The notes under the pieces were generated by a model. That model was given only the letters and a program-made list of their open reading frames with translations, was not told where the DNA came from and did not search any database. Both the position numbers and the translations under genes were made by a program. DNA of 63,957 nt, counting the filler, from Octopus bimaculoides (lineage: Eukaryota), in the NCBI RefSeq assembly GCF_001194135.2. It is 7 parts of 7 records of this genome, joined end to end, with 100 filler letters (N's around TTAATTAATTAA, not from the genome) between each part and the next. Parts side by side here need not be neighbours in the genome. Positions count along the whole stretch, not along the records: positions 1 to 22,247 come from NC_069007.1; positions 22,348 to 39,171 come from NC_068995.1; 5 more parts are not named here. One strand, written 5' to 3'. This document shows, in pieces, positions 11,935-25,015 of this stretch (position 1 is the stretch's first letter; each line of letters opens with the position of its first letter).

Positions 11935-12373
11935 TGAAAAAAAGTTGGTGATATTTTTTTTATAATCCTATTCACAAAGCACCAAATTAGTAGTTTCTGT
12001 TTTGATGAAGCTTTACCAATTTGTTTTTGATTTTTAATAGATTTTNNNNNNNNNNNNNNNNNNNNNNNNNNNNNNNNNNNNNNNNNNNNNNNNNNNNNNN
12101 NNNNNNNNNNNNNNNNNNNNNNNNNNNNNNNNNNNNNNNNNNNNNNNNNNNNNNNNNNNNNNNNNNNNNNNNNNNNNNNNNNNNNNNNNNNNNNNNNNNN
12201 NNNNNNNNNNAGTCTGACTGTTTTAAGTCACAGGGGAAACCCGACCTGTGTCACAAAAAGGTATACGCGTATTGCAAAAATTTTATAATTGAAAAATTTA
12301 CTTTATTTTGTACATATGAGTATTGGGCTTGCAGGGGTTTCCCCACCCCTGGTTTAAATAAAGATATGCTAGT

Positions 12374-12820
12374 CAGGGATGGGCAACTTTTCATCAACTG
12401 GGGGCCCTGCATTGTACCACTTCCATGTGAGAGAGAGGGGCCGCAGGATAAAACACATACGCATGAAATATTACTTGCCCACTTTACACTGAATTTTTTG
12501 CAGTTCTTAATTTTATTCGTCTTAGTATGAAAGTTTACATTAAGCTGGCATCTCTTTCATTATTTCCTAATGACAATAATGATTACAAGTGTAAATAAAT
12601 TATAGTTTAAAATATTGAAGTAAAAAGAAAAAAAAAAGAAAGTTCATTGATATTTTATTAAAGAACAAATTCCATTATCTGTATCAATGAGATTTTTGCA
12701 CTTTCACATTCTTAACCATATTTTCAATATTAGGTAGAATTTGAGATGTCGTTATTCTTAGGTTATGCTGCAAATTAGTAACCCAGAAACTCGTCAAGGG
12801 CTGCAGGTTGCCCATGCATG
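12374..12820. mobile_element. hAT-Charlie-type MITE
   Basis: TIRs CAGGGATGGGCAACTT / CATGCATGGGCAACCT (13/16). Flanks tgctag-t and cactagat fit a decayed 8-bp CTAG-centred target duplication. Confidence 0.7.
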
Positions 12821-13824
12821 CACTAGATAATGTAGTCTTGAATGAATTGTATCTGAACGGCTATGGACTGGTCACAATAGGAATACCTTTGATCCTGTCT
12901 GCTTGATCAGGACTTATCTGTAGCTAAACAACCACCATCTACTTTCACTTCATCCTCCACCACCCTGCAGTAGGTAGGTCTAAACATCACACAGAGATAC
13001 TCATGCATGTACAAACACACACTTCCATACATAAACATACACATCCTGTGTAGCAAAAGGAAATATTATTTTGAGAATGCCAGAGTTATTTGAGCCATAT
13101 TGTCGGCCACATTGCAAACATCCGTTGTTTACAGTAATGTGAAGGGGTGTCGACGGAGATCGAGAGACGATGGGCAGAAATTACCATTAGAACCCCTCTG
13201 TCCCCAAATACCATGTCATTGGATTCACATTCTCAGTAATACTGTCCCCCTCCCCCCATCTCTCTCTGCTTCTAATATCAACATCAACCTCTGCACGTTT
13301 TAACATCTCTTCCCCATCCTTTCTTTTCCCTTCGCAAATTTTTCACTTTGCTGATCAATTTCATTATCATCATCATCACTACTTCTTTGATTTTTACTCC
13401 ATGCTGGTAGACATTGGATAAGATTTGTTTTGGCAGGATTCTAGGGCCAAACGTTGCCCTTCTTGTCACTAACCAGCCTTCACCAATTTTTTGTTTTTTT
13501 TAAGTAAGGTTATTAATGAAGTGGTCTTCAAACACAAAAACCACCCAGGTCCAGTCACAAACTGAAGACCAATTTCTTCACTGTCAATAATTCTCAACCA
13601 TTTTTTAAAATTGCGTCCCCTTTTCACAGAGTGATATTTTACAAATAACCCCACTCCATAGTCTGAATTTAAAGAAACAGTTTTTAAATTAAAGTGAAGC
13701 TAATTCCATACTATAGTATTTTATTCAGACTTTTTTGTATTATTACCTCATCCAACAATTTTTTTTAAGATCTTTGCTGGGGTTTGTGTCCTGTCCGTTC
13801 TGTTAAACGTCTATGAGAATTACT

Positions 13825-14445
13825 GAAGGGGAGGACTTCTATAATGAAATTATATTGGACCTTGCTACATCATCAGTCATGTTTCACTATGTCCACCCAC
13901 ACATAGACATTTGTCTGAACTAGAGCCCTCATTATCATCATCATCATGTTTAAATCATTAAAGCTGAGGACCTCTATAATGAAATATTGGACTTTGCTAC
14001 ATCAGTCACCTTTTTCTATTCACTGATAACACTATGTCCTCCTACACATAGACATTTGTGTTGACTAGTGCCCTTTGTGTTTAAATTGCTAAAGAAGTTG
14101 AGGACTTCTAGAATGAAATTATATTGGACCTTGCTACATCAGTCACCTTTTTCTATTCACAGATAACACTATGTCCTCCTAGACATTTGTGTGGACTAGT
14201 GCCCTCTATGTTTAAATTGCTAAAGGCGCTGAGGACTTCTACAATGAAATTATATTGGACCTTGCTACATCAGTAACCTTCTTCTATTCACTGATAACAC
14301 AATGTCCTCCTACACGTAGACATTTGTGTGGACTAGTGCCCTCTGTGTTTAAATTGCTAAAGGCGCTGAGGACTTCTAGAATGAAACTATATTGGACCTT
14401 GCTACATGAGTCACATTTTTCTATTCACTGACAACATAATGTTCT
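13825..14445. repeat. Tandem array of a ~135-bp unit, about 4.6 copies
   Basis: The motif gaggac(t/c)tcta recurs at 13831, 13966, 14100, 14231 and 14368 (spacing 135, 134, 131, 137). Confidence 0.9.
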
Positions 14446-17400
14446 CCAACAAGGTTGAGAAGACAGCAGCATATTATTGGTTATAAAGAATTTGTGCATC
14501 AGACTTGCACCATGGAGTTGACAGTAACATTAACCAATAAGACAAAGCATTAATATATTGGTTTCAAATTTGGTACAAAGCCAGCAAGTTTGGGGGAGGG
14601 GTTAAATCAATTACATTGACCCCAGTGCTTAACTGGTCCTTATTTTATCAACCCCGAAATGATAAAAGGCAAAGTCAACCACAGCACATAAAGCATTAAT
14701 ATAGTGAGTTACTTATTGACAGGTTTGAATCAACCCCTGTACTTAACTGCTACTTATACAAATCAATGAGTGAGCCACTAGGTAGTCTTAACCTTTTATA
14801 AATTCATTCCCATCTAGGAAGTTTGAGAGGAACATCAATCATTTTATTGCAGGAATCAGATATATTCACTCAAAGATTTCATTACCTTTTAAGTGGCAGG
14901 AAAAGAGCAAAAGGTGGTATGGTTATAGGTGGAATCCTCTTAATAGGTCCAACCCATCAGGGTTTATTAAAGGGTGATTCATAACAAGAACCACACCTCC
15001 TCTATCATTGTTACTTTGTGTAACTCCACTCACCACCCGGTTTCCTGTCCCTTGTTCTTTGAAATGCATTCCCCCACCCTCTTCCTTCAATGATTCCACT
15101 CATGCCAACCACCACTGACTTCAAGAGATTGGAGGGCTTGAAAAAGGTTATGACCACAGCACTTTTGTGCTTAAAGAATTCTTTCCGATATTGGTAAAAA
15201 GCCTGAAATTTTGAGGGGAGGGGCGTGTTTAGTCAATGAAATCAATTCAAGTCTTGATGCTTTATTTTATCCTCACTGGAGGGATGAAAGATGAAGTTAA
15301 CCCTGATAGGGTTTGAACTCAGAACATAAACAGCTGAAACAAACACTACAAGGCATTTTGCTCCTTGCTCTAAGAATTCTGCCAATCTACAGCCCTTAAA
15401 TTGTTTCCAATATTGGAATAAGGTCTGAACTTGGGCGGAAAGGGAGATGAGCTGATTATATTGACCCCACAATATTACTGTGAAAAGCACCCAGTACACT
15501 CTGTAAAGTGGTTGGCATTAGAATGGACATCCAGCTGTAGAAACCATGCCAAAACAGACAGGGAGCTGAACAGCCCTTCCACTGGTCAACCATCTAATCC
15601 ATGTCAGCATGGGAAACAGGCATTAAATTATGACGAAAAATAAAATTGACCTCAGTGAAATCTGAACTCAGAATGTAGAACTGGACAAAAAAAACTGCAA
15701 GACATTGTTTACATTTTGGCCAAACCTCCACCCTTAATAAATAATAATTGTGGCACAAGACTAGCTGTGTTTTAGGAGTAGGGGGCAAGTCAATTACATG
15801 GACCCCAGTAGTTGGCAGGTACTTTGCTTTTCAGCCTTTCAGGTTTAATAAAATAGAGTCAACCTTGGTGGAATTTGAACTCAGAATGTAAAGCTAGAGG
15901 AAATGCTGCTAAGCATTTTGACTGGTGTGCTAACCACTCTGCCAGCTAGTCACCTGTGTAAAAAAAGAAAAAGAATAATCATAAAAGAATAACAATGGTC
16001 TCTGGTTTACAGTCAAGGCCAACAGTTTTAAGGGGGTGGGCTAGTCAATACCATTGACACTAGTACTTGGTTGGTACTTTATTTTATTGACCCCCCCCCC
16101 CTATAGGGGAGAAAGACAAAGGTGACATTGGCAGTATTGAAACAGCAGAAAAGGGTCGAAAGAAATACTACAAGGTATTTTCTCTGAAGCTCTAAGGATT
16201 CTACCAAATCCACTGCCACAATAACAACAACAATTAAATTAAAAAAAAAAAAGACAATTGAATATTTATTATATATAATTTATATACACATACATGAAGT
16301 ATACATGTATATACTATACCTATAGTATATACATATATGCATCATTAGTATATACATATGTATACATACACACATGCATATACATCAAATACATGTATAT
16401 GCAAGATGAGAAAAAAAAAACAACAACAAAAAAGAAAGAGGAGGAAGGGATCTCTGTTGGTTTTGACAATGTTTCTGTCTGGAATACTCAGCCACTTGGC
16501 TGAGCTAACCAGATACTTGTACCTTTAATGTAATCCTCATCCAGAATTAGTGTGGCATTGTGTGTGACAAGGTAGATCCTTTGACTTGAACAGTCTCCAA
16601 CTTGCAGGCTTCCATACAGTTTCCATCTGTCCGACATTCAACTTCTGGCTGTGGTAACAGACACTGGCCAAAGAAAACCATGCAGTGGGATCGAACCTGA
16701 GACCTTGTGTTTGCAAAGTGAACTTCTTAACCACTCAGCCATGTCTAACATACACACACATATCTACATACACGTGTGTATGTAAATACATACACACACT
16801 ATGTACAATATATATAACCCATACTAACAAAGAAAAACATGTTAAAGGAACAAAATGACATACATTATATTATATATACATACATATACACATACATGTA
16901 TATATACATACCTATACATACATACCTACATATACACATACCTATACATACATATATATACAAACCATTACACATACATGCACACACATACACATACACA
17001 CATGCATACACATACACATACATGCATACACATACACATACATGCATACACACATATATATAGGAAGATAGATAAACAGAGAGAGAGAGAGAGAGATACA
17101 TTCTTACACATATCAATATATGTGTGTATATGCAGGCACATATAGACGTAAGTATATACATATACATCCAAAAATTTGTGTATATACATCACCATCACTA
17201 TTTAATTGCTCCATGCTGGCATGGGTTAGACTACACACACACTTCAATACTACTTAGGGACCTCCCTTTAACAGATTTTGGAAGCAGTAAACAAAATCAT
17301 GGCATATCAACAACACCTCTTCACAATCCACAGTAAGTCTGGTTTTACATTTAAAATGTTGACTTAACTGCATTTTTGTAAGTGTATATTTACAGTGTAC

Positions 17401-17603
17401 AGCTATTCTACACTGTCATATTGGATAGCGTGCTTGATTAGAAGTACAGTACTCTATTTATTCCTCTGTCTTTCGCAATGTAATTCTTGATATTAGCCAT
17501 TCCGAATGTAACCTAACCTTAGTATCGGTACCAACAGACAATCTGCTTCATCGGACCAATGTTTCCCACTTTTAGTTCGTAGTACTGAGGTAAGAGTGTA
17601 CAT

Positions 17604-17635
<32 letters not shown>

Positions 17636-17759
17636 TACATATAGATATATATCCAAACATACATATCCCCCCACCGCCACAGATATATATATATACACAC
17701 ACACACACACATACATATAGATATATATCCAAACATACATACCCCCCCCCCCGCCACAG

Positions 17760-17790
<31 letters not shown>

Positions 17791-18450
17791 AACATTTACA
17801 CACATAAATACATACATAGATTATTCATACATGTATATGTAAAAACAAACATACAAACACAAATCATATATAAAGTATTTAAGTAATCCTCTCAGAGACA
17901 TCATCTACATGGAAAAACAACAGTTAAATTAGTGCTAAATTCAATGCAGTGAGCATCAAAAAAAATTTAACTAAAAGCATTTATGTGGTGAGGAAATGAC
18001 AATATTAGCTCAATAATAGCTAATATATTATAGCAATAATTTCGTTAGAGGCAAAACTCCAAATATGTTTGTTTTATTCAACAATCCACAATCTGTGTAT
18101 ACCAAAGTAATTATGAGAGAAAAAGTAATTAGTATATTTAGAAATAAAATAATCAAAGAATCTCAGGGATTAATTATTTTAAATGAAGGTAATTTTCTTC
18201 ACTTAAAATTTTGTACATCATCTCATTGATTCTCTCATGACAGCCTTGGCAAGTCTGCTGAAGTTCGCTTTGCTGAAGAGATTAAGAATGAATCCTGTTC
18301 AGAGTTATTCCCCCTAAGTACTGGTATTGTAATGTTAGCCGCTGGCTTCTTTTAATCACCACTCAAGTAATTTCTAATTAAATTTTTGATGGTAACTAAA
18401 TTAGTATATGTATCATCATTTGAGGTCCTCTTCCATGCTGGCATGGTTTA

Positions 18451-18507
<57 letters not shown>

Positions 18508-18618
18508 TATATACATACACATATATATATATACATACACACACACACAATATATATACACACATAAATATACAAGCACACGTATATATTTACAAACTAA
18601 CAAAATACATGCATATAG

Positions 18619-18665
<47 letters not shown>

Positions 18666-18808
18666 CACATACACACAAACATATAACAACAAACATTTAC
18701 ACACACACACATGCATACACACAAACATGTAACAACAAACATTTACACACACTCACATATCTATATATATACCCAATATACATTCATATATGAGAAAAAG
18801 AACGTGAA

Positions 18809-18864
<56 letters not shown>

Positions 18865-19644
18865 ACAACAACAACAACCATAATAAGTCAGTTTGATGAG
18901 AGGGGAAAAAAAGATTAAAAGAAAAATAAAGGAAAAAAAACAGGGTTTAGAATGTGGTTTTTGTTGGGTTTTTTTTTTTTTTNNNNNNNNNNNNNNNNNN
19001 NNNNNNNNNNNNNNNNNNNNNNNNNNNNNNNNNNNNNNNNNNNNNNNNNNNNNNNNNNNNNNNNNNNNNNNNNNNNNNNNNNNNNNNNNNNNNNNNNNNN
19101 NNNNNNNNNNNNNNNNNNNNNNNNNNNNNNNNNNNNNNNNNNNNNNNNNNNNNNNNNNNNNNNNNNNNNNNNNNNNNNNNNNNNNNNNNNNNNNNNNNNN
19201 NNNNNNNNNNNNNNNNNNNNNNNNNNNNNNNNNNNNNNNNNNNNNNNNNNNNNNNNNNNNNNNNNNNNNNNNNNNNNNNNNNNNNNNNNNNNNNNNNNNN
19301 NNNNNNNNNNNNNNNNNNNNNNNNNNNNNNNNNNNNNNNNNNNNNNNNNNNNNNNNNNNNNNNNNNNNNNNNNNNNNNNNNNNNNNNNNNNNNNNNNNNN
19401 NNNNNNNNNNNNNNNNNNNNNNNNNNNNNNNNNNNNNNNNNNNNNNNNNNNNNNNNNNNNNNNNNNNNNNNNNNNNNNNNNNNNNNNNNNNNNNNNNNNN
19501 NNNNNNNNNNNNNNNNNNNNNNNNNNNNNNNNNNNNNNNNNNNNNNNNNNNNNNNNNNNNNNNNNNNNNNNNNNNNNNNNNNNNNNNNNNNNNNNNNNNN
19601 NNNNNNNNNNNNNNNNNNNNNAAGACCATATCGAAATTCATTTT

Positions 19645-20624
19645 TCATAAACGAGTATCGATGACTGCTGCTGCTGCTGTTGTTGTTGTTGTTGCTGTTG
19701 CTGTTGTTTCTTTCTTCTTCTTTTTCTTCTTCTTCTTCTCCCCCCACTGCTGCTGCTGCTGCTCCTTCTTCTCCACCACCTCTTCCTCTTCCTTCTCCGG
19801 CCCGTCCTCTTCCTGCTCTTGCTTCTCCTGCTTCTCCTTGTACACCTTCTCCGTCCCGGCCGACACTGAGTCAGACATCGGCACCAACACCACCACGTCG
19901 CCCCCCTCTTCCTCCACTTCCACCTCCTCCTCCTCCTCCTCTTCCCCCACTTCCCCTCTCTCCGCCTCCTGCTGCTGCTGCTGCTGTTGTTCTTGTAGTT
20001 TCTGCTGCCTCGTCTCCCCTCCTCCCCCCGCCTCCTCGGCCTGCCTCTTCCCCAGCATTGCTGTTGTCGATGATGGTGATGATGATGATGATGCTGCTGC
20101 AACTGCCTTCAGTGTTATTGCTGCTGTATCTGCACAGGTTGCCTTCAGTGAACACACAGATGATGATGATGATGATGATGCTGCTGCTGTTGTTGCTGTT
20201 GACGATGATGATGATGATACCCCTCCTCCTCCTCCACCCGGTACTGTTGTTGTTGCTATCGTTGTTGTTGTAGTTGTTATCGTTGTCGCAGGTGCTGGTG
20301 ACACTGTAGGAGTTGTTGTCATCGCTGTTGCAGTGTTTGTGGTCATCTGGGGTGGCGCTGAAATTGGTGGAGCATTTCCAGGGCAACTACCACTTACGCC
20401 ACCACCACCACCACCAGTGCCACTGCCACTGCTGCCACCAGTGCCAGTGATGGTGGCAAGTGTGGGGTGTTGGCGGACAATCAGTTCTGGGCCTCCGCCA
20501 TACACGTTGTGTAGGAACTGCCACATCTCTCGAGACAGCTGGCCATGGTCGGAGCTGCTCTTTAACACCGGTTTACCATTCTTGCGAATCATTATTCGAG
20601 TGTTGTCAATGGCATCAGGAGGAG
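19645..20624 (-). CDS. USP20: Terminal coding exon of a USP20/USP33-family deubiquitinase (end of second DUSP domain plus long low-complexity tail)
   Basis: Acceptor ttctttccacctgcAG (AG at 20625-20626), then 2 nt completing a split codon and an open frame xPPDAIDNTRIMIRKNGKPVLKSSSDHGQLSREMWQFLHNVYGGGPELIVRQ. This matches the USP20/33 DUSP2 motif PPGPIDN...GQIS.E.W.FL..IYGGGPE. The frame stays open to TGA at 19645-19647. The symbol stands for the USP20/33 family; upstream exons were not found in the window. Confidence 0.9.
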
Positions 20625-20920
20625 CTGCAGGTGGAAAGAAGAGAAGACATGTATAAATACAGGGGTTATTACTTATTTAGATTACATGAATACATATACA
20701 GGTAGATACAACATACATACAGCGTCCGCCAAAAACAATGTATACATACTTCGGGAAAGGAAATATCTGGTGTCAATATTTAATTTATATAAGTAGCTCT
20801 ATAAATATAAATACCTCTTTTGATGTTTTATTGCAATTACACTTAATTAAAATTTTTATACAGATTTATCTTTTCTTGAAGTGTGTATACATTTTTTTGG
20901 CAGAATGTGTGTGTTTGTAT

Positions 20921-21299
20921 TTCTTTTACTTGTTTCAGTCATTTGATGGTGGCCATGCTGGAGCACAGCTTTGAAGGGCTTGTTTTGTGGAACAAATTAA
21001 CCGCAAGACTTATTTTTAAACCTAGTACTTATTCTATCATTCTCTTTTGCCGAACTGCTAAGTTACAGGGATGTAAACACACCAACACCAGTTGTCAAGC
21101 AGTAGTGAAAGACAGAGACACAAAGACACACATATGAAGGGCTTCTTTCAGTTTCTGTCTACCAAATCCATTCACAAGGCTTTGGTCGACCTGAGTCTAT
21201 AGTAGAAGACACTTGCCCAAGGTGCCATGCAGTGGGACTGAACCCGATTCCATGTGGTTGGGAAGGAGGCTTCATACCACACAGCCATACCTGCACCTA
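20921..21299 (-). mobile_element. SINE family A, near full length
   Basis: Colinear with 48876-49256 in reverse. Partial copies also lie at ~21935-22146, ~39885-40190, ~45795-45960 and 58214-58390. Confidence 0.85.
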
Positions 21300-21774
21300 T
21301 AAAAAATATACAGATGTATACATACACAATGTACATTTGATGTCTTTGTACCTAATACACTCTAGCTTCACACATTCTTTGCTGCCAGTCATCACTCCCT
21401 CTCCCCCAGGCCACTCATTGTTAACATTCATCACTCATTCTTTCCATTGTCCACACCTGCTATTATCTGACCATCTGTACCCACCACTCCGATGCTCCAG
21501 TCACTCTTGCTCCCTTCAACCACTCACTCTGGTTAATCTTTTTGTCATGGCTCTCTCTTCTAGTCGCCTTCTCAAATTGATTACATTGCTTTGAGCAACC
21601 AAACATGGCTTGGAGTAGTGTGAGCACTTTACTCTTATGGGTCACCCCACCACTTCTGCTGGTGCCATTGAACAATGGACCCAGTATACTCTGTAGTGTG
21701 GTTGGTGAATGAGCAAGGACAGATTGGGGAAGGGTGAAGCTTTTTACCACACAGCCACACCTGTGCCTAAATAT

Positions 21775-21819
<45 letters not shown>

Positions 21820-22247
21820 ATGTTGGAGGTGATCCAAGTGCATGGCATTGACAAGCTGCAAAAACACTGAAATGTGCATCTGTCATCCTAATGGTCAATT
21901 CTGAGACAAATTCAGTTCATCAAGCTCTGAGGTATTCTTTTACTTGTTTCAGCCATTTGGCTGCAGCCATGCTGGAGCACCAACTTTAATCGAAGAAAGG
22001 TGACCCCAGGATTCATTCTTTGTAAGCCTAGTACTTATTTGATCAGCCCCCTTTGCTAAACTGCTAAGTTACAGTGATGTAAACACACCAACATTGGTTG
22101 TCAAGCGATGGTGGTGGGGGACAAACACAGACACACAAACATATATATCATCATCATCATCATCATCATCGTTTAACGTCCGCTTTCCATGCTAGCATGG
22201 GTTGGACGATTTGACTGAGGACTGGTGAAACCGGATGGCAACACCAG

Positions 22248-22347
22248 NNNNNNNNNNNNNNNNNNNNNNNNNNNNNNNNNNNNNNNNNNNNTTAATTAAT
22301 TAANNNNNNNNNNNNNNNNNNNNNNNNNNNNNNNNNNNNNNNNNNNN
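22248..22347. other. Artificial scaffold-join spacer (44 N + TTAATTAATTAA + 44 N)
   Basis: Identical 100-bp structure also at 39172-39271, 52677-52776, 56667-56766, 60356-60455 and 62476-62575; the 12-mer gives stops in all six frames. Confidence 0.93.
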
Positions 22348-22752
22348 GCAAATGTTACAAAGCGCTTAGAGTGGAGTAAAAACCTACAGAAATGGTCCCT
22401 AGAGCAGTGGAAGAATGTTATTTTCTCGGACGAGTCATCCTTTACCTTATTTCCGACCACCGGCTGAATATACGCGTGGAGACAGCCAAAAGAAGTATTT
22501 GACCCAGACTACCTTCTTCCAACTATTAAACATGGAGGAGGATCAGTGATGATTGGGGGGCGGGGGCGGATATTTCTTAGAAATCCGCCGGCCCAATGGT
22601 TTCCCTTCATGGCAGAATTAATAGTCAAGACTATTTAAGTATTTTATCTGATCCGGAGGGAAACGCAATCTTTCAAAATGATAATGCACCAATTCACACA
22701 GCTAAAGTTGTTACTAAACGGCACAAGGAACATTCTAGTGAAGTTGAACAAG
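22348..22752 (+). pseudogene. Tc1-family transposase fragment
   Basis: RLEWSK...QWKNVIFSDESSF, TIKHGGGSVM, GRINSQDYLSIL and IFQ(N)DNAPIHTAK are Tc1 catalytic-domain motifs; stop codon and internal deletion present. Confidence 0.88.
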
Positions 22753-24461
22753 TGTATATAGACACATATATGCATATTTATATGCATAAATATATTTACA
22801 CATATACATGTATATATTAAAAGCATACATATATAAATATCTATGTAAATATATGTCCACATGCATACATGCATACATACACACAAACACACACATGTAG
22901 CCTAGCACATGTAGCACACGCGATCGCAAGACCTGGTGGTGCATGGTGTTCTTGAGCGAAACACTTCATTTCACGCTGCTCCATTCTGGTGAGTGCCGTC
23001 TTGCTCAGGGTGATTGTTTTCATTTCGGTCACTCACACCCAACAGAAACCAGGAAACCGGTGGCATGATTCCTAGGACTCAAGACAGAAATGACCAAGAC
23101 TGGATGATGATGAGAGGGTATATGCGCGTGTATGTGGATGGAATTGATGGCGCTGGATATGTTGTAATATATATATATATATATATATANNNNNNNNNNN
23201 NNNNNNNNNNNNNNNNNNNNNNNNNNNNNNNNNNNNNNNNNNNNNNNNNNNNNNNNNNNNNNNNNNNNNNNNNNNNNNNNNNNNNNNNNNNNNNNNNNNN
23301 NNNNNNNNNNNNNNNNNNNNNNNNNNNNNNNNNNNNNNNNNNNNNNNNNNNNNNNNNNNNNNNNNNNNNNNNNNNNNNNNNNNNNNNNNNNNNNNNNNNN
23401 NNNNNNNNNNNNNNNNNNNNNNNNNNNNNNNNNNNNNNNNNNNNNNNNNNNNNNNNNNNNNNNNNNNNNNNNNNNNNNNNNNNNNNNNNNNNNNNNNNNN
23501 NNNNNNNNNNNNNNNNNNNNNNNNNNNNNNNNNNNNNNNNNNNNNNNNNNNNNNNNNNNNNNNNNNNNNNNNNNNNNNNNNNNNNNNNNNNNNNNNNNNN
23601 NNNNNNNNNNNNNNNNNNNNNNNNNNNNNNNNNNNNNNNNNNNNNNNNNNNNNNNNNNNNNNNNNNNNNNNNNNNNNNNNNNNNNNNNNNNNNNNNNNNN
23701 NNNNNNNNNNNNNNNNNNNNNNNNNNNNNNNNNNNNNNNNNNNNNNNNNNNNNNNNNNNNNNNNNNNNNNNNNNNNNNNNNNNNNNNNNNNNNNNNNNNN
23801 NNNNNNNNNNNNNNNNNNNNNNNNNNNNNNNNNNNNNNNNNNNNNNNNNNNNNNNNNNNNNNNNNNNNNNNNNNNNNNNNNNNNNNNNNNNNNNNNNNNN
23901 NNNNNNNNNNNNNNNNNNNNNNNNNNNNNNNNNNNNNNNNNNNNNNNNNNNNNNNNNNNNNNNNNNNNNNNNNNNNNNNNNNNNNNNNNNNNNNNNNNNN
24001 NNNNNNNNNNNNNNNNNNNNNNNNNNNNNNNNNNNNNNNNNNNNNNNNNNNNNNNNNNNNNNNNNNNNNNNNNNNNNNNNNNNNNNNNNNNNNNNNNNAT
24101 ATATATATATATATATATATATGAGTGGATAAATGAAAGAAAAAGGCGTTAGACACATTTAGTAGGAATTACATGTATTATTTAAAACATGGCATGGAGC
24201 CGAATCAAACTGTTTTAGATAACGATGATAATAATGTGTGTGTGAGTGTGTGTGTGTGTGTGTGTATGTGTGTATGTGTGTGTGTGTGTGTGTGTGTATG
24301 TGTGTGTGTGTGTGTGTGTGTGTACGCATGTGTGTAAGGCGTAGTATAGTGACAATAGCGTCAACGACACATGGCTGAAGGATGGTCATGATGTCGCACC
24401 GTGGACGAATTTTCTACCTAATTCAGTGAGCTCAGGTGAGTACATTTCGCACTTTTCACTA

Positions 24462-24810
24462 CCCTCTAAGAGTGAAAGCAATCACCTCTGCTTCAATCGG
24501 TATAGCTTTGCGTAGACAACCACATGGTTATGCATACTTCAATTTTACAATCATAATGGATCTGTTTCCGGTGTTGATGCTACAATCATGTTTTTTTTTT
24601 GTTCTGCGGAAAATTGCAATGCCGCATCAAACACAAATGTATGTTGCAATTAGAGTTGTATGTTTCATTGCTAACTTCATCTATGAGAGATCTAGCTCAG
24701 AACATCCCACACATCCCACATGTAACACTTCACAAATTGTACTTGCCAATGTGTTTTGCCTGCAGGAATTTCTTCTATTGTATTCTCAAGAATAGAATAC
24801 ATTTTGGTTA
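24462..24810 (-). mobile_element. Possible piggyBac 3'-end relic
   Basis: Cys-rich segment CGMCG...NCNIHLCL with stops, followed by a cactcttagagggtag end resembling a piggyBac TIR. Weak. Confidence 0.3.
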
Positions 24811-24864
24811 CGTACAGCATGAGACACGCACGGCAAGCTATTAAAATTATTATTATTATTATTA

Positions 24865-24912
<48 letters not shown>

Positions 24913-24977
24913 GTTGTTGTTATTATTATTATTCTGTTGATAATGTCAATAGACGACAAAGAAGTTGTTGTTGTTGT

Positions 24978-25015
<38 letters not shown>

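Noticed and set aside
13825-14445. 135-bp array as a CRISPR array or hammerhead array
   Set aside because: No unique spacers and a eukaryotic context; the CTGAGGA...GAAA motif lacks a closing stem II pair and any stem I.
18893-20656. 587-aa plus-strand ORF and other overlapping frames at the USP exon
   Set aside because: Antisense or alternative-frame shadows of trinucleotide repeats, lengthened by an N gap; only the minus frame has a conserved domain and a splice acceptor.
22292-22303. Recurrent palindrome TTAATTAATTAA
   Set aside because: Always centred in exactly 44+44 N; an assembly spacer, not biology.
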